Shown: positions 1 to 11,162 of the stretch, in pieces | How the letters are laid out: each line of letters starts with the position of its first letter | Numbering within the stretch: position 1 is the stretch's first letter | Source of the DNA: Acidobacteriota bacterium | Lineage (GTDB): Bacteria; Acidobacteriota; UBA890; WLXD01 | Length of the DNA: 64,000 nt | Direction of reading: 5' to 3' | Assembly: GCA_963666055.2 (NCBI GenBank) | Contig: CAXWPH010000015.1 | Coordinates: 320,001-384,000 of the forward strand | Translations under genes and position numbers: made by a program | Notes under the pieces: generated by a model | What the model saw: only the letters and a program-made list of their open reading frames with translations | Database searches by the model: none | Told to the model about the DNA's origin: nothing

Positions 1-33
1 ATCGCTGTCGCATGCCTGGGAGCGTCCCACCTG

Positions 34-555
34 ATGGAGCCTCTGTTCCCATTGGGCGACTGGAGATGGGCGCTAGTAATCGTCGCTTCGCTCTTAGTAA
101 TAGCGTTCACCGAGCGCCATGCGATACGGGATCGATTTTCAAATAATCGACGCTTGCGAGATAGAACGAAGGACGCTGGTAAGATTACGGGATCCCGAAC
201 AGTGAAGTTCAAGCTACACGAAGCTGCGTGTTTGCTAGTTGATGAAGAGCCGCAGTGGCCCCTTCCGAGTATGCGGTCTAGGGAAGAGTACGATGGTCTC
301 ATTAAAGCCGTAGAATCCGACAATCTGATGTATCTGACGAATGATAATGAAGGAAACCAGAAGCCCATTAATGAATTGCACGATGACTCAGAAACCCGCC
401 TCATACTGTTAGGTTTACTTATTCTTCAGTATGAAAAAGACGGTGAGGACTTCTTTCAGACGATAGAGGTTGATCGAAAATCGCTTCGTGAATATATACA
501 GTCACAGTCAAGTACGATACCTGGGTTTTTAAACGAGGATCCCGATGATTCCTAG
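34..555 (+). CDS. hypothetical protein with N-terminal hydrophobic segment, lower GC than flanks
   Basis: 173-aa ORF; hydrophobic stretch WRWALVIVASLLVIAF; visibly AT-richer sequence. Confidence 0.55.
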   Translation: MEPLFPLGDWRWALVIVASLLVIAFTERHAIRDRFSNNRRLRDRTKDAGKITGSRTVKFKLHEAACLLVDEEPQWPLPSMRSREEYDGLIKAVESDNLMYLTNDNEGNQKPINELHDDSETRLILLGLLILQYEKDGEDFFQTIEVDRKSLREYIQSQSSTIPGFLNEDPDDS

Positions 556-578
556 TGTGGCTTACCGGTCAGGCTCCC

Positions 579-1546
579 CTACGTTCCGTCAAGTACATAA
601 TCACCCCACAACTCGTTGGGTTGTTCAGCCAGCAACTCGGGCTTGTAGTAAGGTGGATGAACGAGCTGGTTGCGTCGCTTCCGTCCCTCGCCCTCGGCGG
701 CGAGGATTCTGTACATCGTGCGCTCCGAGGCCAGGTAGCGGCCCTCGTCCAACAGCGTCGCCCATACCTGGGCTGGCGCGCAGTCCTGGAACCGCTCGCT
801 GTGCAGCTCGGCCAGCACCTGCTCGCGCTCCGTGTCCGAGAGTGCCCTGGCAGGCTTCGCTCCAGGACGGCTCACTGTTGTCACGGGTGGCCGACGTCGT
901 CGATACATCGTTGCTGGCGACACTCCCAGAGACCGGCATGCTGGGCGCGTCCCGATGATGGGCGTGAGCTCCTGGACGGTCTGCTCGATCATTTCTTGGT
1001 ACTCCCGTTCGCGCCCCTGGGATCGAGCAGATCCCCCAGAAGCGCGGAGACGTTTCCCTGCACTTGGATCACCCGCCGTGCTTTCTCGAGTTCCGCCTCG
1101 GTGCGCTCGAGGCGGCCGCGCAGGTTGGCGATCTTCGCGTCTCGGGGATCCGTCGCCGGTCGACCTCGCTTCTTGGTGAGCGCCACCAGCGCCCCGGCGT
1201 CACGTTGCTTGCGCCACTCCGACAGATGCGACGAGTACAGCCCTTCGCGGCGCAACAGCGAGCCGACCTCGCCGGCCTTGGTGCATCGATCCGCTTCGCC
1301 CACAACGCGAAGCTTGTACTCGGCGCTGAACTTGCGCCGACGCGGGCGTTCCACCAGTTCCGGATCCGGTATCTTCGAGGCGCGATCGTTGGATCTGCGT
1401 CTCCGGTCGCCTACGCGTCCCTCCGCCGCAGATCCAACGACCTGCTTACCTGTTCCGTTATTCTCCAACTCCAACATCTGTGCCACTCCGAGCCGCCCCG
1501 TGGGTCAGTAATTATCCAACTCCCATCGTCTCACCCCACGTTGGCA
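579..1546 (-). mobile_element. IS3-family element, 3'-truncated (orfA 989-1486, orfB fragment 579-992)
   Basis: orfA PDPELVERPRRRKFSAEYKLRVV and LLRREGLYSSHL; orfB SERFQDCAPAQVWATLLDEGRYLASERTMYRIL ends just at the start of the rve domain; likely left end TGCCAACGTGGGGTGAGAC at 1546. Confidence 0.85.
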
Positions 1547-2023
1547 GAGAGGGCCCGCGCGGCGTCGTCCGCACCGGACACCCCAGCGATGGCCCGATCT
1601 TCCGCAACGACCGCACGCAGCGTCTCCACGATCGCTCTGTATTGCGGCGCCTTGAACAGCCTGTCGAACTCATACCAGCGACTGGGCTGCCCTGCGGCGG
1701 CGGTCACGAGCAGCTCGACGTGACTTGATGTCCATTCGCGAAGAAGCACTCCTGACCCTCTCGCTCGTGGGCCTCCTTTACCTCGCCGCGAGCTACACCA
1801 CATTCTGACGAGCGTCGTCACGCCGGTGCTCGGTGATCTCGAGCGACACGATGCCCGCGCCAACGCCGAGCCCATGCCAGCAGGCGCTCGAGATCGAGTA
1901 CAACGAACCCAGCCTTGGTCGGTGAACAACCAAACCGGTACGGTGATCTGCGCGTTGCGATTTTGAGCGCCGTAACGCCCGTTGGTTCGCTCCAACGGGC
2001 GCGCGGAAAGGAGGGGGGACAGC

Positions 2024-4992
2024 ATGACGCTCCATGCTGCACGATTCGTGTTCCTGATCGCAGGGTTGATGCTACCGACCACCGCGTTGGCGCGGAGCCA
2101 GGCAACGACCGGCATCATCGAGGGCGTCGTCAGTGATCCTGACGGAAGTCCGATCCCGGGCGCGACGGTCACGGTCACGAACACCGATACCGGCTTCACG
2201 CGGACGGTGTTCAGCCAACGCAACGGTCGCTTCTACGCGCCGCTGCTGCCGCTCGGGCCGTACACGCTCACGGTCACCGTCGACGGCTTCGCGGAGTTCA
2301 ACCGTGAGGGGCTGCGGGTAACGGTAGGCCAGCGCGTCGACATCGAGTCTCACTCGAGCTGGCGTCGGTACAGGAGACTGTCACCGTCGTTGCCCAGACC
2401 CCGCTCATCGAGACCATGAGTTCGAACCGATCCATGACGGTCGATGAGCGCGCGATCGAGGGACTGCCGAACAACGGCCGCAACTTCCTCGATTTCACGC
2501 TACTGACGCCCGGCGTTGCGATCGCTCAGGGGCCGGACGGCGACGTCTTGACGATAAACGGCCAGAAAGGCATCCAAAACAACATCAGCGTCGACGGCAA
2601 CGACTTCAACAACCCGTTCTTCGGCGAGCAGCGCGGAGGTCAGCGCCCGCCCTTCACGTTCAACCTCGACGCTGTCCAGGAAGTCGTGGTCGTCGCCAAC
2701 GGCGCCAACGCCGAGTTCGGGCGCTCCTCGGGCGGCTTCGTGCAGGTCGTCACCAAGTCGGGCACCAACCGCCTGCAGGGCTCGGCCCACGTCTTCTTCA
2801 CCGACGACGCGCTCACCGCCGCCGCCAAGCTGCCCGACGGTAGCAACGAGCCGGACTTCTCCGGCGACCGAGCCCAGGTAGGTTTCACCCTCGGTGGCCC
2901 GATCGAGCGCAACGAGTCGTTCTGGTTCATCGCCGGCGACTTCCAGGCCGCCAACACGACCAAACAAACGGAACCGGGCCGTATCGAGCAGCGTGTGGTC
3001 GACTTCCTCGCCAGCATCGGAATGCCCAATGAGAACGGGTCGATCGAGCGTACGGACGACGCCCGCGCGCTGCTCGGCAAGGTCGATTTCGCCGTCGACG
3101 ACCGGCACCAGGCCACGGTGCGGTACAACCACACGTGGTCGGAGCAAAAGAACGGCACCTTCGACGTCAACTCGTGGGGCGTAAGCGCCAACGCCATCGA
3201 GCGCGACTTCTCGAACGCCGCCAGCTTCCAGCTCAACAGCGCCTGGGACCGGATCTACAACGAGTTCCGCTTCCAGTGGGCGCGCGAGGACCGGCCGCGT
3301 ACGTACGAGGGGCCGACCAACCCGGCAACCGGACGGCCCTTCCCCGATACGGCCTTCGACTTCGCCAACCAATATCGCTTCGGGTTGCCCTTCTTCATCC
3401 CGGTCGAGTACCACGACACCCGCTGGCAGTTCACCGACAACGTCTCCATCGTCACGGGCGATCACTCGATCAAGGCGGGCGCCGAGTTCAACCGCACCAA
3501 CGCGAATCAGACGTTCATCGGCTTCGCCAACGGGCGCGTGATCTACAACTCCACCGACGGCTTCATCAACCATGCCAGCAACCCGAACTACGTCGAGTGC
3601 TCCGACGGCACGAGCAACACGACGGGCTCGTGTCCGGGCGGTGCCATCGTCGGTCCCGTGCTGCTGTACCTGCAGCAGGCCGGCGTCGGCGGGCTCTCGG
3701 TCGAGGAGGCGGGGACCCAGGACATCACGCAGAAAGAGCTGGCGGTCTTCGTGCAGGACTCCTGGCAGGTGTCGCCACGCGTCTTGCTCGATGTCGGACT
3801 TCGTTGGGAGGCACAGATCCAGCCGCCGCTGATCACGCCGATCCTTGAGCTGTTCTACTTCCCGTTCATCGGCCAGACGCGCGAGGGACAGGAGTTTCCC
3901 GCCGACGGCACCATGCCGTCGGACTGGACGATGTTCCAGCCCCGCTTCGGCCTCGCCTACGACATGACGGGTGACGGTCGCCGACTGCTGCGGCTGTCGG
4001 CCGGTGTGTTTAACGCCCGTATCCCGGGGCTGAACCTCGCCTCGTCCCGTTCGACCGACGGCAGCCGCGGGCAAACGCTGTTTCGCAACAGCGCCCTCAC
4101 CGACATCCTCGGACCGGTGCCGGCTTACGGCGAGCTGCTGGAGCCGCCCGACGGCGTGCCCTTCTTCCCGGGCGTGTTCGTGTTCGACAAGGACTTCCAG
4201 AACCTCGACACGTACTCCGCATCGGCAACGTTCGAGCAGGTGCTCGGCCGCGACTACGTGGTCGAGTTGACGGGTGCCTACGCCAAGACGACGCACATCA
4301 CGCGCTTTACCGACCAGAACGATCCGTTGCTGGGCTCGGTATGGTCTACGGGTCTCGAGCCCGACTCCATCAACGGCATCGGCACGCTGACGACCGTCGA
4401 GTCGACGGCGAAATCCGAGTACTTCGGCCTCACGTTTGCCGCGCGTAAGCGCTATTCTGATCGTTGGGGCTTCCAGCTCAACTACACGCTCGGCTTCGAC
4501 AAGTCCGACGACGACAACGAGCGCGACCCGTTTACGTTCCGCTACGCCAAGATCACCGATCTCGATGCCGAGTGGAGCTGGTCCGATCGCGACCAGCGGC
4601 ACCGCGCCAACTTCTACGTGGTGACTCTGCTGCCCGGCGACGTCAACTTCAACTCGCGGTTCTCGTACCGCTCGGCCACACCGGTATCGCTAACGGAGAC
4701 CGGCGAGATCGCGGCGACGCCGTCGGCACGGATCAACGCCGACGGCAGCGTCACGCAGCGCAACATGGGGCGCAAGGACAACAAGTTCCTGTCGTTGGAC
4801 GTCCGCGTCTCCAAGTTCTTCACCTTCGGCAGCAACCGGGTAGAGGTGATCTTCGAGGCGTTCAACGTGCTCAACAACGACAACTTCATCGCGCCGCAGA
4901 CCACCAACTTGGTCTTCAACTTCGACGGCACGATCCGCAGCGGCGCCGGTAACTCGAGGGTGGCACAGCTCGGTCTGAAGTACGTCTTCTAG
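2024..4992 (+). CDS. TonB-dependent receptor, Oar-like with carboxypeptidase-regulatory N-domain; single-base frameshift near 2349
   Basis: RBS AAGGAGG before ATG 2024; GIIEGVVSDPDGSPIPGATVTVTN; plug motif LPNNGRNFLDFTLLTPGV; C-terminal QLGLKYVF; adding one base at ~2349 joins the two ORFs (DIEVSLELASVQETVTVVAQ). Confidence 0.9.
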
Positions 4993-4999
4993 CGGCACT

Positions 5000-5158
5000 C
5001 GAGGGCGCGGGACGTCGAGGCTCAGCCGGGTGTGCCGGCTCGATGTAGTCGATGCGCATCCGCACCGACCGTGAAGCCAGCCTCGGCGCAGGACGGCACA
5101 ACGGCTCGTCTCGGAGGATCGCGGCGCGCCACCGCTGATACCGGGCACTCGATCGCAT
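5000..5158 (-). pseudogene. degenerate phage-type HNH endonuclease fragment
   Basis: SARYQRWRAAILRDEPLCRP resembles the N-terminus of phage packaging HNH proteins; HNH core decayed. Confidence 0.45.
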
Positions 5159-5330
5159 CCGGCGTTAGATCTCGGGGTCGATCGGCGGTTTTCGGTGAGT
5201 GTTCATTTCGAGGGCAATTTATGCCCCCGAAGAATTTTTCTTACAAACGGAAAGGCTGTGCGCGGTCTGGAAGAAACGGCGACTTCCCTCTCTCATGGAT
5301 TGTGGCTATGGCCGTAAGGCCATAGCACGA

Positions 5331-6161
5331 CTACTGCGACAGAGCCCAGATGGTCGGCCGGTAGGCCATAGCCGAGTAGAGCATGGCGAGCTGCTGGTCG
5401 TCGGTGAAATGGTCCACACACCGGTAGCCGGCGTACCCCATGAAATTCCGCACCGGATCCAGCCCTGGCGTCCTCTTGCTCTTGCAGCTATCCCGCCTTT
5501 CCGGGCACGTATTCAAAAACGGCTTGCGCTGCGCTGGCGTGTCGACGATCCAGTCGTTCGGATCCGTGCAGCCGCCTAGGAACGTGTGGAGTAGACCGAG
5601 ATAGTGGCCGAGCTCGTGCTCGAGGTACGGCCAGCCCTGCTCGTCTGCCAGCGTGATCCCGTGCCAGAAGGACCCCTCGGGATAATCCCACGGCAAGTAG
5701 GCCATGGCGACGGAGTTTTCCCGAGGCACCGGGTCGCAGGTGTAGATATTGAGCGTCGTGCGCGGATCCTCGCTGGCCATGCGCTGGAAGTCTCTGCGAA
5801 CCCGCCAGTGGGAAAAGCACTTGCGCATGTACTCCTGCACGAGCGGATCGGACGTGTCGTACCGCCGGATCCCCTTCAACTCCAACTGGAAGCCGAGCGG
5901 CTTGAATACCTTGTTGACGCGCTCGATCTCTCGGGTCACCTTGCTGTCGGGCACACTGGGGTTCGGGACGTGAACCACGGTCGGAAAGGTGATCTTGTTC
6001 GGCCAGGGTATGCGCAGTTCCTGGTGCATCTGTACGGCCGCTTCGATCTCTCGCACTGCTCGCCGCATTTGAGCGTTGGTGGGATCGAGGGTCCCACAGA
6101 GCTGGTCGGCCGGCACGCCGAGCGCCGTGACCATGAGGAAAGCAATGAAGTGGTTACCCAT
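5331..6161 (-). CDS. secreted zinc metalloprotease, M43 (pappalysin/ulilysin) family
   Basis: signal peptide, CGT cysteine-switch-like motif, HELGHYLGLLHTF, DTP, Met-turn NFMGY. Confidence 0.9.
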   Translation of the reverse strand: MGNHFIAFLMVTALGVPADQLCGTLDPTNAQMRRAVREIEAAVQMHQELRIPWPNKITFPTVVHVPNPSVPDSKVTREIERVNKVFKPLGFQLELKGIRRYDTSDPLVQEYMRKCFSHWRVRRDFQRMASEDPRTTLNIYTCDPVPRENSVAMAYLPWDYPEGSFWHGITLADEQGWPYLEHELGHYLGLLHTFLGGCTDPNDWIVDTPAQRKPFLNTCPERRDSCKSKRTPGLDPVRNFMGYAGYRCVDHFTDDQQLAMLYSAMAYRPTIWALSQ

Positions 6162-6342
6162 GCGGGCCCCCTCTCTGGTTGTGGGTGCAATTTCCGTCGT
6201 TGGTGAGACCTTTCATCAACACAGCGGTGTGAGCATTCATCATCGTGCGTCAGCCTCCGGTCACAATACGCCATCGGCTGCGATGACAAGGGAGATTCGG
6301 CGTCCCATCAGGGTGCCTCCTGGTGGATGCGTCCGGCGAACA

Positions 6343-6476
6343 GGCGCCGGGCCCTGCACACCACCAGAAAGGAGTAGGCGGTACCCGCGTATTCCCGCAC
6401 AAGTGCGCGGTCTTGTATTCAGCGGGAAGCCCGGCTCCAAGACGGGAGCCGTTCCTTTCTGGTGTTGTGCGGCGCC
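6343..6476 (-). ncRNA. candidate structured RNA (closing stem with internal hairpins)
   Basis: 18-bp inverted repeat 6356-6373 / 6453-6470 with one mismatch; internal GGCTCC-N6-GGAGCC hairpin; promoter immediately upstream. Confidence 0.45.
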
Positions 6477-6477
6477 G

Positions 6478-6506
6478 AGACTAAGAAACGCCTCGGAGGG
6501 CGTCAA
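6478..6506 (-). promoter_or_regulatory. putative sigma70 promoter
   Basis: TTGACG-17 nt-TAGTCT on the minus strand. Confidence 0.55.
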
Positions 6507-6516
6507 CCCGAGCCAT

Positions 6517-7381
6517 CTAGGCAACCAGATCCTTGTACTCAAGCGGCTCGGTGTTCACGATGCGGGCCAGGGTGTCGCGGAAGATGTACGGGTTGTCGCG
6601 GTTGTTGAACCGCCACTCCAGCTGTTCGAGGTAGCGGTCCATGTGCTTGACCCTCATCTTGTGGAAGGTGCCCACGATGGAGCGCTTGAACAGCGACCAC
6701 ACACCCTCGATGTTGTTGGTGTGCACGTCTCCGACGACCCACTCCTCGGCCGAGTGGTTTACCGTCTCGTGGCGCGTGTCGTCGTCTCCGACGCCGATGT
6801 AGGAGGCGAGGTCGTCGGTGTAGATGGCCTCGGCCTTGTCGGCCACGGACCGATCGATGAAGTCGTGCAGCGTATGCTTGCGAACGTCGGGGATGCGCTC
6901 GATGGTGCCGGCGATCCAGTGCTTGTTGTCGCGCCAGTTGGGGCCACGTCGCTTGCCGCCGACCATCGTCTCGTCAACCTCGACGACGCTGACGAGAGTC
7001 GGGCCTGTGAGCGGGTCGTTGCCCATAGCCTCGCGGATGCGGTGGCACAGGTGCCAGGCGGTCTGGTAGGCGACGCCGAGGGAGCGCTTGAGCTGGTGGG
7101 CGCTCATGCCCTTCTTGGACTCGCACATCAGGTAGATGGCGAGGAACCATTTGCGCAGCGGAAGGTGGGAGCGGTGCATGATGGTTCCGGCCGTCACGGA
7201 AAACTGGTAGTCGCAGGACCTGCACATCCACTGTCCTCGTCCTCGGACTGGGTCGACGGAGGTGTCGCCGCATCGAATGCAGCAAACGCCGTCGGGCCAG
7301 CGAAGATCTTCCAGGGCCTCGCGGCATGATTCGTCGTCGTTGTAACTGTCCATCAGCGAAACAAAGGTTGATCTTTGTCAT
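6517..7381 (-). mobile_element. IS1595-family transposase (probable frameshift near 7365)
   Basis: zinc ribbon LRWPDGVCCIRCG...CRSCDYQFSVTAGT; VEVDETMVGG, YTDD, HETVNHS, VHTNNIEGVWS. Confidence 0.92.
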
Positions 7382-7483
7382 AGATAGTTCTCGTGGGAGA
7401 CAGGGTAGTGGTTAAAGAATGCTCTCGGACACACCTAGTGACTGCTGTGCCTTCTGCACCGCCCGACGTCGACGAGCCGGGCT

Positions 7484-7680
7484 CAGAAGCTTCCCGACGA
7501 CACCTCTTTGAGGATGGCGTTGTCGAGCATCGTTTCCGCCAGCAACTTCTTGAGCCGGCCGTTGTCCCTCTCCAGCTTCTTGAGCCGCCGCGCCTGATCC
7601 ACCCTCAGGCCGCCCTACTCCTTACGCCACCGGTACTATGTGTTCTCGCTGATGCCCTGCTTCCGGCACACAGGCGCTGG
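7484..7680 (-). pseudogene. IS3-family (IS407-like) orfA remnant
   Basis: minus strand reads GISENT*YRWRKE*GGLRVDQARRLKKLERDNGRLKKLLAE with in-frame stops; similar to orfA at 13411-13689. Confidence 0.75.
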
Positions 7681-7855
7681 AGCAGCTGTCACTTGCCCTC
7701 CGGAAACTGGTCCAGCGTGAGTGTGAGTTCTCTGGGCTAGATTAGATTCCGCGAGCGCGGCGAGCGCCGCCCCTAACTCCGCCCCGAGTTGCGGGTAGTT
7801 TCACGCCCGCTTCCACCTTACCAAAGGGCGGCCCCTGTACCTGAGTGACACTGCG

Positions 7856-8797
7856 ATGAGAAAGAGTTGCTTAGTTGCCGCAGGCGTAGTGTTAGCGCTA
7901 CTCGTAACAACAGGCGCGCCTGTGGCGCAGAAGCCGGAGAGTCCACTTCCGCGCTCATCCATCCAAGCGTGGAATCGGAACCAACTCCCACCGGACATTG
8001 TGTTTGCCGATGGCAGCCGTGGTGTTCGCTGTGGCACGCAGCCCGTTGATGAGGAGGAAGCGGCGCTAGTGGACCAGCTTGTCGAGGCGAACCGAAGGCT
8101 TCGCGGTGACTTTCAGCCCCGGGGCAAGATCAACATCCCGATTGTTTTCCATATCGTCCGCGCCAGAAAGGGCAAGCAGTTCAATGTCACCGATCAGCAG
8201 GTGCGACAGCAGCTCGACGTGCTCAACGACGCGTTCAAGAGCAAAGGATTCAAGTTCTCGCTGCGGCAGCTGATTCGCTACAACGACAACAAGTTCGCCC
8301 GCAAGTGCGGAAACTACCCCGCCGAAAGACGCTTCAAGCGGAAGCACGCCATCGACCCGGCAACGACGCTCAACGTGTACAGCTGCAGAGCAAGGCAGGG
8401 GGGCTATGCACGGTTGCCGCAGAGCAGGCCGGAGGATCATTACCTGCACGGCGCGGTGGTTCATTACGCATTTTTTCTGGGCGGCGGTGCAAGTCCCTAC
8501 GACGAGGGCGATCTACTCGTGCACGAGGTGGGGCACTATCTGGGACTTTCCCACACGTTCCGAGATGGCTGCACCGGCAGGGGCGATCGGGTTGCGGACA
8601 CGCCACGGGAGGCCAGGCCGTCATTCCGTTGCGTAATCGGCCGCGACACCTGCCCAGACGATCCCGGAGTGGACCCCATCACCAACTTCATGGACTACTC
8701 ACCAGACGCCTGTACGGAGCGCTTCACGCCCGGCCAGAAGGAGCGGATGCTCGATCAGGTGGCTACCTTCAAGCCAACCCTGTGGGCGCAATCGTAG
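7856..8797 (+). CDS. secreted zinc metalloprotease, M43 family (paralog of 5331-6161)
   Basis: signal peptide, RCGT, HEVGHYLGLSHTF, VADTP, NFMDYSPDAC. Confidence 0.92.
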   Translation: MRKSCLVAAGVVLALLVTTGAPVAQKPESPLPRSSIQAWNRNQLPPDIVFADGSRGVRCGTQPVDEEEAALVDQLVEANRRLRGDFQPRGKINIPIVFHIVRARKGKQFNVTDQQVRQQLDVLNDAFKSKGFKFSLRQLIRYNDNKFARKCGNYPAERRFKRKHAIDPATTLNVYSCRARQGGYARLPQSRPEDHYLHGAVVHYAFFLGGGASPYDEGDLLVHEVGHYLGLSHTFRDGCTGRGDRVADTPREARPSFRCVIGRDTCPDDPGVDPITNFMDYSPDACTERFTPGQKERMLDQVATFKPTLWAQS

Positions 8798-8867
8798 TGA
8801 CTGGAGTCAGAAGCGGCCCCGGGCAAGTAGGTCGAGGTGACCAGCTCCGGCCGTGCACACGAGAAAA

Positions 8868-9302
8868 CTAGCGGGGGACTTGTGCTCGCCATTCGCTGCG
8901 CGCCGGTTCGACCTCGTGAAGCAGGGGTGCGAACTTGATGGCAATTGTCTTGGCCGCATCGCCCTGCCGTGCCTGCGCAATGATCACCTGGTCATTCAGG
9001 ATGCGATCCAGCAAGTGCTCCAAGTCCCGCAACACTCCGCCCTCGTTCTGGATGGGAAGACTGCGACCCCGGAACTCGACGAGTGGGAACATCCGCGCCA
9101 GGCATTCGGTAAAGCTGCGTGCGGCGCGATGCCTGACGTAACGAGCGCTATCGGCACTGATCCCGACCTGCGGCTCGTAATAGTCGTCCCAACTTCGCTG
9201 GAGCGTTCCGATTCTGCTTCGTGGGCTTCGAGGCATTGTATTTAACAAGCGGACATTGTGTGGTATATCGCTGTGATTACTTTCCTTGAGATCAATGACC
9301 AC
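8868..9302 (-). CDS. hypothetical protein
   Basis: 144-aa ORF downstream of an AT-rich intergenic stretch; no family recognised. Confidence 0.35.
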   Translation of the reverse strand: MVIDLKESNHSDIPHNVRLLNTMPRSPRSRIGTLQRSWDDYYEPQVGISADSARYVRHRAARSFTECLARMFPLVEFRGRSLPIQNEGGVLRDLEHLLDRILNDQVIIAQARQGDAAKTIAIKFAPLLHEVEPARSEWRAQVPR

Positions 9303-9566
9303 GTATATACAACTCGGGGGTCACAAATGAAGCCTTCAAAGCGTTACACAACGCTATGAAAGTTAACGTAAGGCTTTTGTAATCTTTTTAACACGCGGTT
9401 TAGCGAAGAAAACCCCTTAGAGTGGTCCTCGGATCGGAACCGAATTCCTTGCGGATACCCCTACCCCCTGCACCTGTTGTTAGGTGCACCTGACCTGCCT
9501 CCTGGACCGGGGACGACCTCCGCAGCCCCGATGTCGTGGGTATGCATCACTGCACCCTCTTCGGGG

Positions 9567-9878
9567 CTAGGTACTCCGCGTTCCATCGGCATGTCCTGTA
9601 CAAGGCGAGATCCTTGTCATCGGGCTGCCACCGTGGCAGCCGGGACACGTCCGCATCGGCTCCGGTGGCTTCAGGCAGCCGATCGATAGGCTCCGGCGGT
9701 CATTCTGGAGTGCTTCGAGAATCTCGTCCTTGTGAACGCGGATGGCCTCGAGCAGCTCCGGGATCGGAGGGGAAGCAGCCCGAAGATGCAGCCTTCGCCC
9801 GCACACGTGCATGCTGACGCTTTCCGCATGGGCTCGTCGGATCAATCGCTCCGCGACACTCAAAGCAAAACACTTCAC
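9567..9878 (-). CDS. small phage/satellite-type protein, TubC-N-like pattern
   Basis: GRRLHLRAASPPIPELLEAIRVHKDEILEAL plus CPGC; pattern typical of small genes following primases in integrative elements. Confidence 0.5.
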   Translation of the reverse strand: MKCFALSVAERLIRRAHAESVSMHVCGRRLHLRAASPPIPELLEAIRVHKDEILEALQNDRRSLSIGCLKPPEPMRTCPGCHGGSPMTRISPCTGHADGTRST

Positions 9879-10162
9879 TCGGCGTCTGCCTGAACCGGTT
9901 CCGTGTTCGGGCCCGTTTTCTCGGCACTGTTCGCGGAAGGCATCCTTTCAACCGGTACATCCGGTACAAGCCCTGTCGGCCGGGCATGGTCTGTACCGGC
10001 TGTACCGCTTATACCGGATGAGTCAGCGCCGCTGGTATGGGTGCAACGGCTCTCCTTCAGGGACTCACCGAGATATCGGGCGTGACCGGGAGCCCGGCCT
10101 TGTAGAGATCGAACAGCCAAGGATCTCCGGTACCGTGCACGTAGTTCAGGATCGGAGACCAA
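9875..10162 (-). pseudogene. possible C-terminal remnant of a primase/replication protein
   Basis: low-complexity SGISGTAGT...VPDVPV tail; stop overlaps start of next gene. Confidence 0.3.
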
Positions 10163-10560
10163 GTCGTGCCCGCCGGCACCAGGTAGCCATCGTCCTATAG
10201 ATCGGCGCGGACCAACGATGAGATCCGTTGGAGCCCGATTCTCGCTAGCGCCTTCGTTAGCAGGTTCGGCCTCGCCCGTCAGATGTAGAGCTCGGTGAGC
10301 ACGTAGTCATGTGGGCTACGAACAATGATCGTTGCCTCCAGCGCTTCGATCTTCCTCCTTAAGCATCACGTCTGATATCTCTCTCTGCTAGCAGGGTGAT
10401 CCGAGTAGATAGCCACGGAGTGGCGCAGCGTGATCGTACGCTCGTCGTCGGCCTCGACGCCGCGCCAGCGCAGCGCGGACAGCACTGAGAACCGGTTCTG
10501 CTGCCTGGAACGGAAAAGCGGGAAACGGGTCGGGGTTTGGGGGAGCCTAGGCGGCCCGTT

Positions 10561-11100
10561 CTACGACCGGACCCGAATCACGACGCGGCGGTTCTGCGCC
10601 CGACCCTCCGGCGTGTCGTTCTGCGCCATCGGGCGATCCTCCCCGAAGCTCAGTACGTTCATCTTGTGCAGCGGCACGTTGTGCTGGTCGTACAAGTACA
10701 GCTTGACGCTCTCGGCGCGCTCCATGCCGAGCTGCATGTTTCTGTGCTTCGAGCCGGTCGAGTCCGCGTGCCCGCTCCACTCCGCTATGACCTCGTCTTT
10801 CGCGACGAGTTCCCCGGCCCGAACCTTGAGCGCCTGTTCGGCAAGGTGCCTCTGCGCCCGCTCTTTAAGCGCCCGTTCGCGTACCGCGTCGAGGAATTCC
10901 CCGGACGGCGCCTTATCCTCGCGTGACGCCATCCACGCCTCGACGTCCTCGAGTCGATAGGCGTGCGGCCGGCCACGAGAACCACGCCGCGCCACCGGCA
11001 TCCACCAGCTTCGGAATCCCCTTCGCGCTCCGGCCCAACGCCGCCGCGAGCTCAGCTCGCCCGAGTAGCTTTTCGACTCCCAGGATCTCATCGGTGTGAT
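10561..11100 (-). pseudogene. chimeric ORF: lambda Nu1-like terminase small subunit fused to an OmpA C-terminal domain
   Basis: GRAELAAALG...MPVARRGSRGRPHAYRLEDVEAW...ERALKERAQRHLAEQALKVRAGELV (frameshifted near 11010), then GHADSTG...NMQLGMERAESVK...GRAQNRRVVIRV. Confidence 0.7.
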
Positions 11101-11162
11101 CACGCCCCAGGAACGAGCCACCTTCGAACCCCTCTCCCGGCCGTTGCAGCTTCCACAGATCT

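Noticed and set aside
2500-4602. Long antisense ORFs (also 35890-37401, 52370-54193, 57513-58874)
   Set aside because: Shadow frames opposite well-supported genes in high-GC DNA.
6343-6476. Calling the structured RNA a retron or part of a DGR
   Set aside because: No reverse transcriptase and no template/variable repeat pair in the window.
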